A stretch of 54,764 nt of DNA from NCBI GenBank assembly GCA_030646255.1, contig JAUSNF010000056.1:1-54764 (forward strand), read 5' to 3'. This DNA is from Candidatus Burarchaeum sp. (GTDB lineage Archaea > Micrarchaeota > Micrarchaeia > Burarchaeales > Burarchaeaceae). Below, in pieces: positions 1 through 8,384 of this stretch. The position numbers were made by a program, and so were the translations under genes. The stretch's first letter is position 1; every line of letters starts with the position of its first letter. The notes beneath the pieces are model-generated. The model was not told the origin of the DNA. It did not search any database and was given only the letters and a program-made list of their open reading frames with translations.

Positions 1-1
1 G

Positions 2-388
2 TGGGTGCGCAGCGGGAAGTGGTGCAGCGAGGACAAGAACCCGACCAAGCTGACTGTGAACAGCATGGGCTACCTGCAGCCAGGGCTTGCAATAAATCCC
101 TTGGAGGCGACATGCTACCTGCGAGTATTCCTCGGCGCAATCTCGCCCGAGGCCGAAAGCCAGGAGGATTTCCTGAAGCGCCTGAATGTGCGCGAGGGCG
201 GGAGGAAAGGAGGTGCAATAAGAAGCCTGTTCTACATGCGCTTCCTTGACAAGGAAATGCTCACGCTATTCGCCGCAATCGGCTACCAGAAAAAGAACGT
301 GTGCGTGTGCGAGGAAATTCCAAAGCTGGTCGCGCCCCACATGCAAAACCAAAAGCAGGCACCAGGCAAAGGAGCTATTCAACAGTAA
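2..388 (+). CDS. 3' end of a gene entering from upstream of the window (hypothetical protein, C-terminal ~128 aa)
   Basis: Frame 2 is open from the window edge to TAA at 386-388 with ordinary amino-acid composition. The overlapping frame-1 ORF 1..249 is Arg/Pro/Ala-rich GC noise. The gene converges on glmS. No family recognised. Confidence 0.4.
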   Translation, partial: WVRSGKWCSEDKNPTKLTVNSMGYLQPGLAINPLEATCYLRVFLGAISPEAESQEDFLKRLNVREGGRKGGAIRSLFYMRFLDKEMLTLFAAIGYQKKNVCVCEEIPKLVAPHMQNQKQAPGKGAIQQ

Positions 389-2195
389 CGCTCTTCGCCA
401 AATTCCTCGGCTTGTCCGGGTCGTGGCCACGCTCGAGGCACGAGTAGTATGCGAGAAGCTGGAGCGGAATGATGTAGAGCAAGGGCGAGAGCTCCTCGCT
501 CACGGGCGGCATTGCAACCTTCCACTTCCCTTCCTCGAGCAGGTGCGGGCTGTCGCTCAGCGCCATTATCTTGCCCCCGCGCGCCTTGCACTCCTTTATG
601 TTGCCCAGCATCTTGTGGTGCGTCTCGCCACTCGCAGGCGCTATAGCTATCACCGGCACACCATCTGCGATGAGGCTGAGAGGGCCGTGCTTCAGCTCGC
701 CCGCAGGGTATGCTTCGGCATGCACATATGCTATTTCCTTCAGCTTGAGCGCGCCCTCCATTGCAACCGGTGCTGCCAACCCGCGGCCTATGAAGAAGTA
801 GTCGTTGGTCGTGCGCAACGAGTGCGCAATTTCCTTCATCTTGGGCGCGAGCGCGAGAACAGTTTTTATTTTCTTCGAGAAGCCGTTAATCGCCAATTTT
901 TTCCCTGCAACTGCAAGCGCGAGCTTTGTGAGCACTGCCACTTGAGATGTAAATGTCTTGGTCGCCACTACCCCAACCTCGGGCCCTGCGCCTATGTAAA
1001 TATTTGCGTCAGAGCCGCGCGCCAGCGAGCTGCCCACTACATTTGTAATCGCAACCACTTTCGCGCCGTGCGCGCGCGCGTGCTTCACTGCAAGCATGGT
1101 ATCAATGGTCTCGCCGGACTGGCTGACCGCAACCACGAGCGTCCCGGGGCCCACAACTGCGCCTTCCTTGTACTCCGAAGCAACCCAGGCCTCTGCCTCG
1201 CGGCCGGCAAGCCGCGCGAGGAGGTGCCTGAAGACCAGGCATGCATGATAAGAGGTGCCGCAGCCGATTACGTGGATGTGCCTGGCCCCGCGCATGAGCT
1301 TTGCGGCCTTTCCAACATCAACACGCAGCGCAGCCGGTATGCTCAAAATCTGCTCGTTTATCTCCTTTATGGTGAAGTGCGGATAGCCCTCCTTCTGCGC
1401 CATTTTCGCAGTCCAGCTCACGTGCATGCGCTTGCGCTTTATCGGCCTTCCCTCATGCTCAAACCTTGCCCCGCGCCTGTCAATTACAACCAGATCGCCG
1501 TCCTCCATGAATGCGAAATCGCGCGTGTGGCTGAGCAGCGCCGGCACGTCGCTGGCTGCAAACATCTCATTCCCCTCATTCTCGGCGCTCCGAGAATGGG
1601 GCCCCTTTCCGCTTGCGGAAAGAGGGTTGCCGAAGCCGATAACAAGCGGCGAGCCGTTGCGCGCCAGCACCAGCTTGTCCTCGCCGGCCTTCAGCACCGC
1701 AAAAGCGTAATTGCCCCTGAAGCGCGCAACCGCCTTCCTTACAGCCTCCTCGAAACTAGCCTGCTTCCTGCCCGCCCCGTGCTTTAGATTTTCCTCAATG
1801 AGATGCACGGCCACTTCAGTGTCTGTCTCGGATTTGAACTTGTGCCCCTTCCGCAGCAGCTCGTGCTTAATCTCCATGTAATTCTCAATCACGCCATTGT
1901 GCACAATCGCAAGCCTGCCCGTGCAGTCGCAGAGCGGGTGCGCATTCAGCTGGCTCGGCGCGCCGTGGGTGGCCCATCTGGTATGCCCTATGCCTGCATG
2001 ACCTTCCAAGTCCTCCAAATCATGCTTCTTGTGCACTTCCGCTATTTTCCCCACATCGCGCTTCACAGTAATTCTTCCATCATGCGAAGTGGCAATGCCT
2101 GCGCTGTCGTAGCCCCTGTATTCAAGTGCCTTGAGGCACCCGAAGATTGTCGGAGCAGCCTTTCGATAGCCAATGTAACCTACAATGCCGCACAT
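375..2195 (-). CDS. glmS: glutamine--fructose-6-phosphate aminotransferase (isomerising)
   Basis: The sequence MCGIVGYIGYR has the Ntn catalytic Cys2 and is followed by GHTRWATHG. There are two SIS domains (GCGTSYHA, SQSGETIDT) and the characteristic C-terminus ...AKSVTVE. Start trimmed from the track ORF to ATG 2195, because the 60 upstream residues are not GlmS-like. Confidence 0.95.
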   Translation of the reverse strand: MCGIVGYIGYRKAAPTIFGCLKALEYRGYDSAGIATSHDGRITVKRDVGKIAEVHKKHDLEDLEGHAGIGHTRWATHGAPSQLNAHPLCDCTGRLAIVHNGVIENYMEIKHELLRKGHKFKSETDTEVAVHLIEENLKHGAGRKQASFEEAVRKAVARFRGNYAFAVLKAGEDKLVLARNGSPLVIGFGNPLSASGKGPHSRSAENEGNEMFAASDVPALLSHTRDFAFMEDGDLVVIDRRGARFEHEGRPIKRKRMHVSWTAKMAQKEGYPHFTIKEINEQILSIPAALRVDVGKAAKLMRGARHIHVIGCGTSYHACLVFRHLLARLAGREAEAWVASEYKEGAVVGPGTLVVAVSQSGETIDTMLAVKHARAHGAKVVAITNVVGSSLARGSDANIYIGAGPEVGVVATKTFTSQVAVLTKLALAVAGKKLAINGFSKKIKTVLALAPKMKEIAHSLRTTNDYFFIGRGLAAPVAMEGALKLKEIAYVHAEAYPAGELKHGPLSLIADGVPVIAIAPASGETHHKMLGNIKECKARGGKIMALSDSPHLLEEGKWKVAMPPVSEELSPLLYIIPLQLLAYYSCLERGHDPDKPRNLAKSVTVE

Positions 2196-2224
2196 GGTGA
2201 TTTGCAGTGGATTTTGAGGTTCTG

Positions 2225-2234
2225 TTTTATAAAT
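2225..2234. promoter_or_regulatory. TATA box (TTTTATAAAT) in the 55-bp divergent glmS / HExxH-gene intergenic region
   Basis: This is the only AT-rich element between starts 2195 (-) and 2251/2257 (+). Its centre lies about 27 nt from ATG 2257 and about 34 nt from the glmS ATG. Confidence 0.45.
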
Positions 2235-2250
2235 CCGTGATGCTGCATTT

Positions 2251-3198
2251 ATGGCGATGGAAACGTCTAAAACGGCAGGGCAGTATGGGGCAGCCACCGA
2301 ACAGCAAATCGAGTGGCTTTCCAAGGCACGCGAATATCTGAAGGAAAATCTTCTCAAAAACCTGCAAGCAGGCATGCAGACATTTGATCCGAACTTCTCG
2401 TTTTCTAAGCAGGATTGGCAAAGGCTGTCCGATGTGACAATAAAGGAGTTTATGGCTGCCGACGCTCATTTTTACTTCCCTGACCCTAGCCAAGCCGGAT
2501 TTTTTTACGGAAAAACCGAGTTCGGAGGGTTTTATGATGGAAGCTGCATCAATCTTTCCTCTAAAGAAATCAAATCATATTTTGATATGCTGCGCACAAT
2601 TACGCACGAGTTTTTTCACTACTTGCAGGAGATTGGAGGATGCCCCGCAGAACCCCATGTTTCCGACCCTGCCCGGCAGCTCCTATCCGTTTCATTTAGC
2701 GAGGGCAGCGCGGAGTTTCTTACTCAACTCGCGTTATGCCAAGATGCGGTATTCAAACGCTATATGGATGCGGCGGCCGTTAACAAAAATATGGCGGGAC
2801 AAATCGAGTTTGCAGTGCCCTATCCATCCGAAACCTTCTGCATATATGCGCTTCTTAAGACGGGCACCGTAAGTCCGACTGCGTTTTTAGACGCTAGCCT
2901 GGGTTATATGCATAAGGCCGAGAACACCGAATTCGTCGGCTTCGAGCCCGGAGCGTCGTTCAAGACCCAGATAACCGATTCCTTGGGTGAAAAAATATTC
3001 ACACAACTTTTCAGCCCAAACAAAGCCAAATCCCCATGGACTTACGATCATGCCGTGGATATGGTGCGCCTCCTATATGCCGCCCTCAGGAAGAACGGAG
3101 TAAATACGTATGCGCTTGAAGAGAATGCGGGCTCGGACCTGGCCCTGTTCTCCAAGCCCTTCTCATCAGCGCAATCGTCAGGTTCGCTTTTCGGCTAA
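2251..3198 (+). CDS. hypothetical protein with HExxH zinc-metalloprotease-like motif
   Basis: Contains TITHEFFHYLQE (HExxH) with a downstream acidic EGSAEF. No signal peptide. An alternative start at ATG 2257 fits a leaderless transcript. Family not recognised. Confidence 0.6.
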   Translation: MAMETSKTAGQYGAATEQQIEWLSKAREYLKENLLKNLQAGMQTFDPNFSFSKQDWQRLSDVTIKEFMAADAHFYFPDPSQAGFFYGKTEFGGFYDGSCINLSSKEIKSYFDMLRTITHEFFHYLQEIGGCPAEPHVSDPARQLLSVSFSEGSAEFLTQLALCQDAVFKRYMDAAAVNKNMAGQIEFAVPYPSETFCIYALLKTGTVSPTAFLDASLGYMHKAENTEFVGFEPGASFKTQITDSLGEKIFTQLFSPNKAKSPWTYDHAVDMVRLLYAALRKNGVNTYALEENAGSDLALFSKPFSSAQSSGSLFG

Positions 3199-3220
3199 TT
3201 CATGGTTTAACGCAAATTCA

Positions 3221-3418
3221 TTACTGCACAACCTCTCCTATGGCAAAAGTCCTGCGCACAGCAGTTACCATTATGCGCACGTCCTGCCCCACCTGCACGC
3301 CAGGTATGAAAATCACGAAGCCATCGTAGTGCGCAATCCCGTCGCCCTTGCTCCCCTGCGCGTCTATCTTCACGTCATACTCCCTGCCTTCCTCAACCGG
3401 CGCATTTCCTTCCCTCAT
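3221..3418 (-). CDS. small TRAM-domain protein
   Basis: EGREYDVKIDAQGSKGDGIAHYDGFVIFIPGVQVGQDVRIMVTAVRRTFAIGEVV matches the about 65-aa archaeal stand-alone TRAM proteins. ATG 3418 is preceded by the SD-like GAGGGGTGG. The track ORF begins at an upstream TTG. Confidence 0.8.
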   Translation of the reverse strand: MREGNAPVEEGREYDVKIDAQGSKGDGIAHYDGFVIFIPGVQVGQDVRIMVTAVRRTFAIGEVVQ

Positions 3419-3537
3419 GGCCCCACCCCTCAATTAGCTTCTCTCTCTGCAGGAGCTTCTCGGCCGCGTTATTTAAGCTTTATTCACACTGAAAGGCGAA
3501 CAAAAACTGAACAAAAGCGCAGTCCCCGGAAGTCATG

Positions 3538-3545
3538 TTTATATA
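3538..3545 (+). promoter_or_regulatory. TATA box (TTTATATA) of the histone gene, leaderless spacing
   Basis: Centre is about 25.5 nt upstream of ATG 3567 and there is no SD in between. Confidence 0.55.
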
Positions 3546-3566
3546 GCGTATCTTCGATTTCCCTGC

Positions 3567-3806
3567 ATGGCCAAGAAGGGCGCGCCAGGCGGCGTGCGCA
3601 AGGAGGGCAAGATTCTTCCGCGCGCAGCAGTTGAGCGCCTTATCCGGCGCGCAGGCGCAGACCGCGTGAGTTCGAGTGCCGCAGAAGCGCTGGCCGAAGT
3701 GCTCGAGCATGCAGGTCTTTCCCTGGCCTCGCGGGCCTCGACAATCGCAAGGCACGCGGGCAGAAAAACAATTACTTCGAGTGATATAGAAATAGCGAAA
3801 GCGTAG
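3567..3806 (+). CDS. archaeal histone (HMf family) with a 15-residue Lys/Gly-rich N-terminal extension
   Basis: ILPRAAVERLIRRAGADRVSSSAAEALAEVLEHAGLSLASRASTIARHAGRKTITSSDIEIA aligns by eye along the whole HMfB histone fold (..LPIAPIGRIIKDAGAERVS...ARHAGRKTI..EDIELA). It is preceded by MAKKGAPGGVRKEGK. Confidence 0.9.
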   Translation: MAKKGAPGGVRKEGKILPRAAVERLIRRAGADRVSSSAAEALAEVLEHAGLSLASRASTIARHAGRKTITSSDIEIAKA

Positions 3807-3829
3807 ATGATAAAAAACGAGGTGAGGCT

Positions 3830-4600
3830 TTGAAATACATTGGAATTCTGGGAGTCTTATTGGTGGCCATCATGCTACTGGGCTGCACAGGCGGGCAGCA
3901 AACAGCCCCTACTTCGCCGCAGGGCCAGCCTGAAGTTCCGCCGAACGCGCAGGGCGGCTATGTGGGCGGGCCTACCTCGCCGGACACTGCGAGCGTTGAA
4001 AATTCTCAAACTCCTGCTGAGCCGGCAGGGCAGGGCACAACGCCCGCAGAGGCAAGCGGTTCTGGCTTTGATGCATTCGCAGCCAAAATAAGTGCTGCCG
4101 AGTACAAGGCCACCTATAGTGTGGTCTTCTCAGGCCAGACCTCCACACGGACCCAGGTCATGAAGGGGACGAAGGTGCGTTTTGACAGTACATCCCAGGG
4201 GCAGACCAGCTCCGTATATGTGATCGACAGGATGGCATACATCTGCATGAGCCTCGAGGGCAGCCCCATATGCTACAGCACGACTATGCCTGACGATGAT
4301 CTGAGCACGACCGTTGCAAAAGAGACAGCCAAATACACCATCACGCCGCTGCCCCTGCGCACAGTGGCGGGCCTGGTCGGCAGCTGCTGGAGCTTCTCGG
4401 GCGATGAAATTGAAGGCACAATGGAGTCCTGCTATTCTGCCGAGGGCGTGCTGCTGTACTCTTCCGTAATCGTGCAGGGCCAGGCCATGGTCACTGAGGC
4501 GACAAGCGTGCAGATAGGCAATGTAGCCGACTCCGAATTCACGCTGCCCGCAGAGCCAACGGCTCTTCCGACCTATGGCGACTACGGCGGCTATGGCTAA
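3830..4600 (+). CDS. secreted/lipoprotein-like hypothetical protein
   Basis: TTG start lies 5 nt after GAGGTGA. There is a signal peptide with a lipobox-like LLGC|TGG, then a Pro/Gln/Gly-rich linker, then a roughly 170-aa Cys-containing domain. Confidence 0.6.
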   Translation: MKYIGILGVLLVAIMLLGCTGGQQTAPTSPQGQPEVPPNAQGGYVGGPTSPDTASVENSQTPAEPAGQGTTPAEASGSGFDAFAAKISAAEYKATYSVVFSGQTSTRTQVMKGTKVRFDSTSQGQTSSVYVIDRMAYICMSLEGSPICYSTTMPDDDLSTTVAKETAKYTITPLPLRTVAGLVGSCWSFSGDEIEGTMESCYSAEGVLLYSSVIVQGQAMVTEATSVQIGNVADSEFTLPAEPTALPTYGDYGGYG

Positions 4601-4650
4601 GCGGCGGACTGCGCAGCGCATCTGCCTAAATAGGCCTATGTAGTCCGGCC

Positions 4651-4672
4651 TTCTTTTTCCTTTTTATTTTTA
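4651..4672 (+). terminator. oligo-T tract (archaeal-type terminator) after the lipoprotein gene
   Basis: ttctttttcctttttattttta lies 50 nt downstream of the stop at 4600. Confidence 0.4.
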
Positions 4673-4704
4673 TCTGATTCAATCCAGCCCAATAACGTGA
4701 GCTT

Positions 4705-6201
4705 ATGGGTATATTCGAACGGCTTGCCTCAAATGTCCTGGCGAAGAAGGGGCTGGATGCCGCCGCAATCCTGTTTTTCGCATGCATAGTCCTCCTGCCC
4801 ATACTCTACCTGCTGCTTCTCAACCCATCCTTCAACATCTCGCCCGAGATGTGGGGCGCTCTCTGGAATTCATTCACCATTGCGGCCATTGCAACCGTAA
4901 TTGACGTCGTGTTTGGCCTGCCTCTTGCATGGATACTTACAAGGCGCAAGTTCCGCGGCAAGACCATAATCAGCTCGCTGGTGGACCTGCCGCTCGTAAT
5001 CCCAACGAGCACGCTCGGCCTTTCCATAGGCCTTTTCTGGGGTGCGGGCGGGCTCGGCGTGCTGGCTGAAGGCTACTGGCTCATACTCGCGCTCCACATA
5101 GTCTTCACCCTTCCCTATGTGGTCACAACAACCGCAGCGGCAATAGAGTCCATCGAGCCCACACTTGAGACTGCCTCGCGCTCGCTCGGCGCAACCGCAT
5201 TCACCTCTTTCAGGACCATCTGGTTCCCGCTCCTGCGCTCGGGCCTGCTCATAGGCGCGCTGCTCGCATTCACGCGCTCGCTGAATGAGACGGGCGCAAC
5301 CATGGTAGTTGCGGGCGCGGTCAACACCGTGCCCACGCTCGCGCTGGCAAGCAAGAATGCGGGTGATGTGAATGGCGCAGTCTCGCTCAGCATTCTCCTC
5401 CTTGTGGTAGCCGGTCTCGCCTTTGCGCTCCTCCGCTCCTTCTCGGGCGGGAAACGCTACTCGCTCGGCGCGGTCGACAGGGCAAGGGACCTGATGCTCG
5501 GCTCGCGCAGCACCATTGTGTACCTTCTTTCAGCACTCTTCCTCCTCTCCATAGTGCTCCTCCCGTCCTTCTACTTCATACGCTCGGCCGACACTGCGAT
5601 TGACTACGGCCTCGTTCTGCCAGCGCTCCTCACCTCGCTCATAATTGCATTCGCCGCAACCGCCATCAGCCTGGTCTTCGGCTTCCCGATGGCGCAGATA
5701 ATTGCGCGCAGGACGCGGCTGGGCCATGTGCTCGATTCCCTGCTCGATGTCGTACTCATGATGCCGACAGTCTCAGTAGGCATGTCCCTTTCGCTCTTCC
5801 TCGGGGGCAGGGCCGAGTGGCTCGCACTCCTTGTCGCGCACATAGCCATGGTCTACCCCTTCGTGGTGAAGCCCATCTCGGGTGCGATAGTTGAAGTCGA
5901 TAAGACCCTTATCGAGGCCGCCCGCTCTCTCGGCGCCAAGCCCTTCCATGCATTCCGCACAATACTTCTTCCGCTGGTCATGCCCGCTGTGCTCGCGGGC
6001 AGTGTGCTGGCCTTCATGCGCTCGCTCAGCGACACGGGCGCCACAATCGCGGTATCGAAAACAATAAAACCAGTATCTGTGCTTATAGTTCAGCTTGCGA
6101 AGGCGGGCAACATGGCCGAGGCAAGCTCGGCGAGCCTCCTGGTGCTCGCATTTTCGCTGCTTGCAATAGTTGCCCTGCGCAAGCTCGCATACAAACGATG
6201 A
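4705..6201 (+). CDS. ABC importer permease, fused double MetI/CysTW-type domain
   Basis: Two tandem permease halves each carry an EAA loop (IESIEPTLETASRSLGATAFTSFRTIWFP and VEVDKTLIEAARSLGAKPFHAFRTILLP), giving about 12 TM segments. The architecture resembles FbpB/ThiP-type fused permeases. Confidence 0.9.
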   Translation: MGIFERLASNVLAKKGLDAAAILFFACIVLLPILYLLLLNPSFNISPEMWGALWNSFTIAAIATVIDVVFGLPLAWILTRRKFRGKTIISSLVDLPLVIPTSTLGLSIGLFWGAGGLGVLAEGYWLILALHIVFTLPYVVTTTAAAIESIEPTLETASRSLGATAFTSFRTIWFPLLRSGLLIGALLAFTRSLNETGATMVVAGAVNTVPTLALASKNAGDVNGAVSLSILLLVVAGLAFALLRSFSGGKRYSLGAVDRARDLMLGSRSTIVYLLSALFLLSIVLLPSFYFIRSADTAIDYGLVLPALLTSLIIAFAATAISLVFGFPMAQIIARRTRLGHVLDSLLDVVLMMPTVSVGMSLSLFLGGRAEWLALLVAHIAMVYPFVVKPISGAIVEVDKTLIEAARSLGAKPFHAFRTILLPLVMPAVLAGSVLAFMRSLSDTGATIAVSKTIKPVSVLIVQLAKAGNMAEASSASLLVLAFSLLAIVALRKLAYKR

Positions 6202-6336
6202 TGAAAAGATGAAAAGCAGGAAATGAAAAAACAGAAAATGAAAAAACAAAAAAATGAAAAACAGGAAATGAAAAAAGAAGATGAAAAACAGAAAATGAAA
6301 AACAAAACTTGAAAAGATGAAAAACAAACGATGAAG
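6197..6336 (+). repeat. purine-rich degenerate tandem repeat, about 10 copies of ATGAAAA(A)C/G.. at a 13-15 bp period
   Basis: ATGAAAA recurs at 6200, 6209, 6223, 6238, 6254, 6268, 6281, 6295 and 6317, with ATGAAG at 6330. The plus strand is almost pure A/G in an otherwise GC-rich locus. The repeat fills the permease-ATPase intergenic gap. Confidence 0.8.
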
Positions 6337-6353
6337 GATCGGAGATGTAAACT

Positions 6354-7382
6354 ATGCCATCTGTTGAAACAAAAGCAATCTCGAAAAATTTCGGAAAGGT
6401 CACTGCGCTTGACAGCGTAAGCATCAGCATCAGGGACGGCGAATATGCGGTGCTGCTCGGGCCGAGCGGCTGCGGCAAGACTACTCTGCTGAAAGCTATC
6501 GCAGGCATAATCAACCCAAGCTCGGGCTCGGTGCTCATCAACGGCTCCGACGTCACCAGCCTGCCTCCTGAGGACCGCGGCATAGGCTTCATATTCCAAA
6601 ACTACGCGCTATTCCCGCACATGAGCGTGCTCGACAATGCGCGTTACGGGCTGATTGCGCGCGGCTCAGAGCCCGGGAAGGCGGCGAAGATAGCGCGCGA
6701 GATGCTCTCGCTAGTAATGCTCGAGGGAAGGGATGACGACCTGCCCGCCCACCTGTCGGGCGGAATGCAGCAGAGGCTTGCAGTCTCTCGTGCGATTGCA
6801 ACTGGCTCGCACCTGATGTTCCTAGACGAGCCCCTGAGCGCGCTGGATGCAAAATTAGCGAGCGAGCTGCGCGTGGAGCTCAGGCGCATGATAAAGGAGC
6901 GCGGCCTGACCGCACTCCACGTCACGCACAGCCAGGAGGAGGCCATGATGCTCGCGGACAAGATAATAGTCATGCGCGCCGGTACTGTGCAGCAGGTGGG
7001 AACTCCAGCTGAGATTTACAACCAGCCCGCGAACCTCTTCGTGGCCGGCTTCATCGGCGCGCCCAATTTCCTGCTTGCCGCAGTGAAAAACGGGTCGACT
7101 GAGCTGCTGGGCAAAACCGTGCGCGTGAAGCTCGAAGACGGGGAGTATGTCGCGATGCTCAGGCAGGAGCATGTGCTCTTCGGCACCGGCATTCCGGCGA
7201 AAATCACGAACAGCAGGCTCATGGGCCCCTACACCAGTTACGAAGTGGATGCGGGCGACCAGCACCTTGTAGTGCGCTCCCGCGAACAGCTTTCGGGGAG
7301 CGTGCACATCTCTTTTGATGAGCAGAAGGTGATATTCTTCCCGTATCCTGCGCGAGGGCTCGAGGCGGAATTGTCGATATGA
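6354..7382 (+). CDS. ABC transporter ATP-binding protein (PotA/FbpC/MalK-like with C-terminal TOBE-type domain)
   Basis: Walker A GPSGCGKTT, signature LSGGMQQR, Walker B LMFLDEPLSALD and an H-loop HVTHSQ are present. A C-terminal extension of about 100 aa follows. GGAG lies 10 nt upstream of the ATG. Confidence 0.95.
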   Translation: MPSVETKAISKNFGKVTALDSVSISIRDGEYAVLLGPSGCGKTTLLKAIAGIINPSSGSVLINGSDVTSLPPEDRGIGFIFQNYALFPHMSVLDNARYGLIARGSEPGKAAKIAREMLSLVMLEGRDDDLPAHLSGGMQQRLAVSRAIATGSHLMFLDEPLSALDAKLASELRVELRRMIKERGLTALHVTHSQEEAMMLADKIIVMRAGTVQQVGTPAEIYNQPANLFVAGFIGAPNFLLAAVKNGSTELLGKTVRVKLEDGEYVAMLRQEHVLFGTGIPAKITNSRLMGPYTSYEVDAGDQHLVVRSREQLSGSVHISFDEQKVIFFPYPARGLEAELSI

Positions 7383-7426
7383 TAAGGGAGGTCTTAGGAA
7401 CCGTAGGTTTCTAATGAGGTGATGAA

Positions 7427-8047
7427 ATGGACGTTCTTGAATGGCTGGGCGATAGGAGCGAAGGGAAGATGATGGCGTCCCTACGGGAGACTTCCAAATA
7501 CATGCTCAAGTCAAGCAGCGCAGTGGTGTTTATGCTCGGCGGCGAGGCGCGGCTCGAAGAGCTCCGCGCCTACGAGCGCGAGACTGATGCGATTCGGAAG
7601 CGCATAGCTGCTGGCCTCGTAAAGAGCGAGCTCGAAAGGATGGACAAGCTCACATTTTCCTCCCTTGCAAAGCACGTGAACCGCGTGGTGGACCACCTTT
7701 ACGCGGTCGGGAAGCTCGCCGACATGCTGCAGCCATCGGGCCAGGTGCTCGCAAAGGCCAAGCTCATACAGGCGAAGAATGACGAGTGCATCGCGACGCT
7801 TTCGAAGTGCATGGACGCGTTTGCCAAGGGCAACAGGGCCGAGGCCCTGAGGCTCGCGGACGAGGTCGAGCGGTTCGAGGAGGAGAACGACGAGATCTAT
7901 GCGGCAGCCCGGCGCATGATGCTCAAGATGAAGGGCATGGACACGCCCGCGTTCCTGATGACCTATGAGCTCTTCTCGGAGCTCGAGAACGTGAGCGACG
8001 CGTGCGAGAAGGCGTGCGATGACATACGGCTGCTGCTCGTGAAATGA
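7427..8047 (+). CDS. DUF47 / PhoU-related helical protein (putative transport accessory/regulator)
   Basis: The roughly 205-aa all-helical protein has size and pattern (..ERETDAIRKRI.., C-terminal ..LENVSDACEKACDDIRLLLVK) resembling the TIGR00153/DUF47 family. GAGGTGAT lies 8 nt upstream of the ATG, so it is probably the last gene of the ABC operon. Confidence 0.55.
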   Translation: MDVLEWLGDRSEGKMMASLRETSKYMLKSSSAVVFMLGGEARLEELRAYERETDAIRKRIAAGLVKSELERMDKLTFSSLAKHVNRVVDHLYAVGKLADMLQPSGQVLAKAKLIQAKNDECIATLSKCMDAFAKGNRAEALRLADEVERFEEENDEIYAAARRMMLKMKGMDTPAFLMTYELFSELENVSDACEKACDDIRLLLVK

Positions 8048-8086
8048 GTGTAACTCGGCTGTAAATTTATCGGAAGCAGAAAAAGT

Positions 8087-8296
8087 TCACTGCCTTTCCT
8101 TTGCAGCCACCTTGTGCACTGCACGCGGCTCGGCAATCTTGCATTTCCTGACAGACCTGTCCAAGCAATAGACGTTCCCTATGTATTCCTGCGCAATCTC
8201 GTCAAAAGTAATATTGCGCTGGGCCGCAATCTTCATGAGCTCGACGGTTATGTAACGCAGCTCCGCATTCACGCCAACAAGCTCTTCTTCCATCAT
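8087..8296 (-). CDS. small hypothetical protein (69 aa)
   Basis: The ORF has non-biased composition. Its own TATA (AATATAT, 8320-8326) is centred 27 nt upstream of ATG 8296, which is the leaderless geometry used elsewhere in the window. Confidence 0.45.
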   Translation of the reverse strand: MMEEELVGVNAELRYITVELMKIAAQRNITFDEIAQEYIGNVYCLDRSVRKCKIAEPRAVHKVAAKERQ

Positions 8297-8384
8297 GAAC
8301 TTTCATTTGCGGGACAATCAATATATGCTTTCTGCGCCCGCGCGCAGGCAAGCATTATAAATATTGTTCGGCGCGTCTTCTTCC

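Noticed and set aside
246-2240. Long plus-strand ORFs (246..1787 at 513 aa, 1803..2240 and others) overlapping glmS
   Set aside because: They are antisense to an unambiguous glmS. Their Arg/Ala/Cys/His-rich composition is typical of the non-coding frames of GC-rich DNA. No motifs were found.
3830-4600. Substrate-binding protein of the downstream ABC importer
   Set aside because: The folded part is only about 170 aa after a low-complexity linker, and I saw no SBP-like two-lobe pattern. An oligo-T terminator separates it from the permease gene.
6197-6340. CRISPR array
   Set aside because: The period is only 13-15 bp, there are no unique spacers, and there are no cas genes. It is a simple degenerate tandem repeat.
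6083-6599. Minus-strand ORFs encoding poly-Phe/Ser/Cys proteins (three ORFs of 169-184 aa)
   Set aside because: They are the reverse translation of the A/G-rich ATGAAAA repeat and also overlap real ABC genes. They are compositional artefacts.
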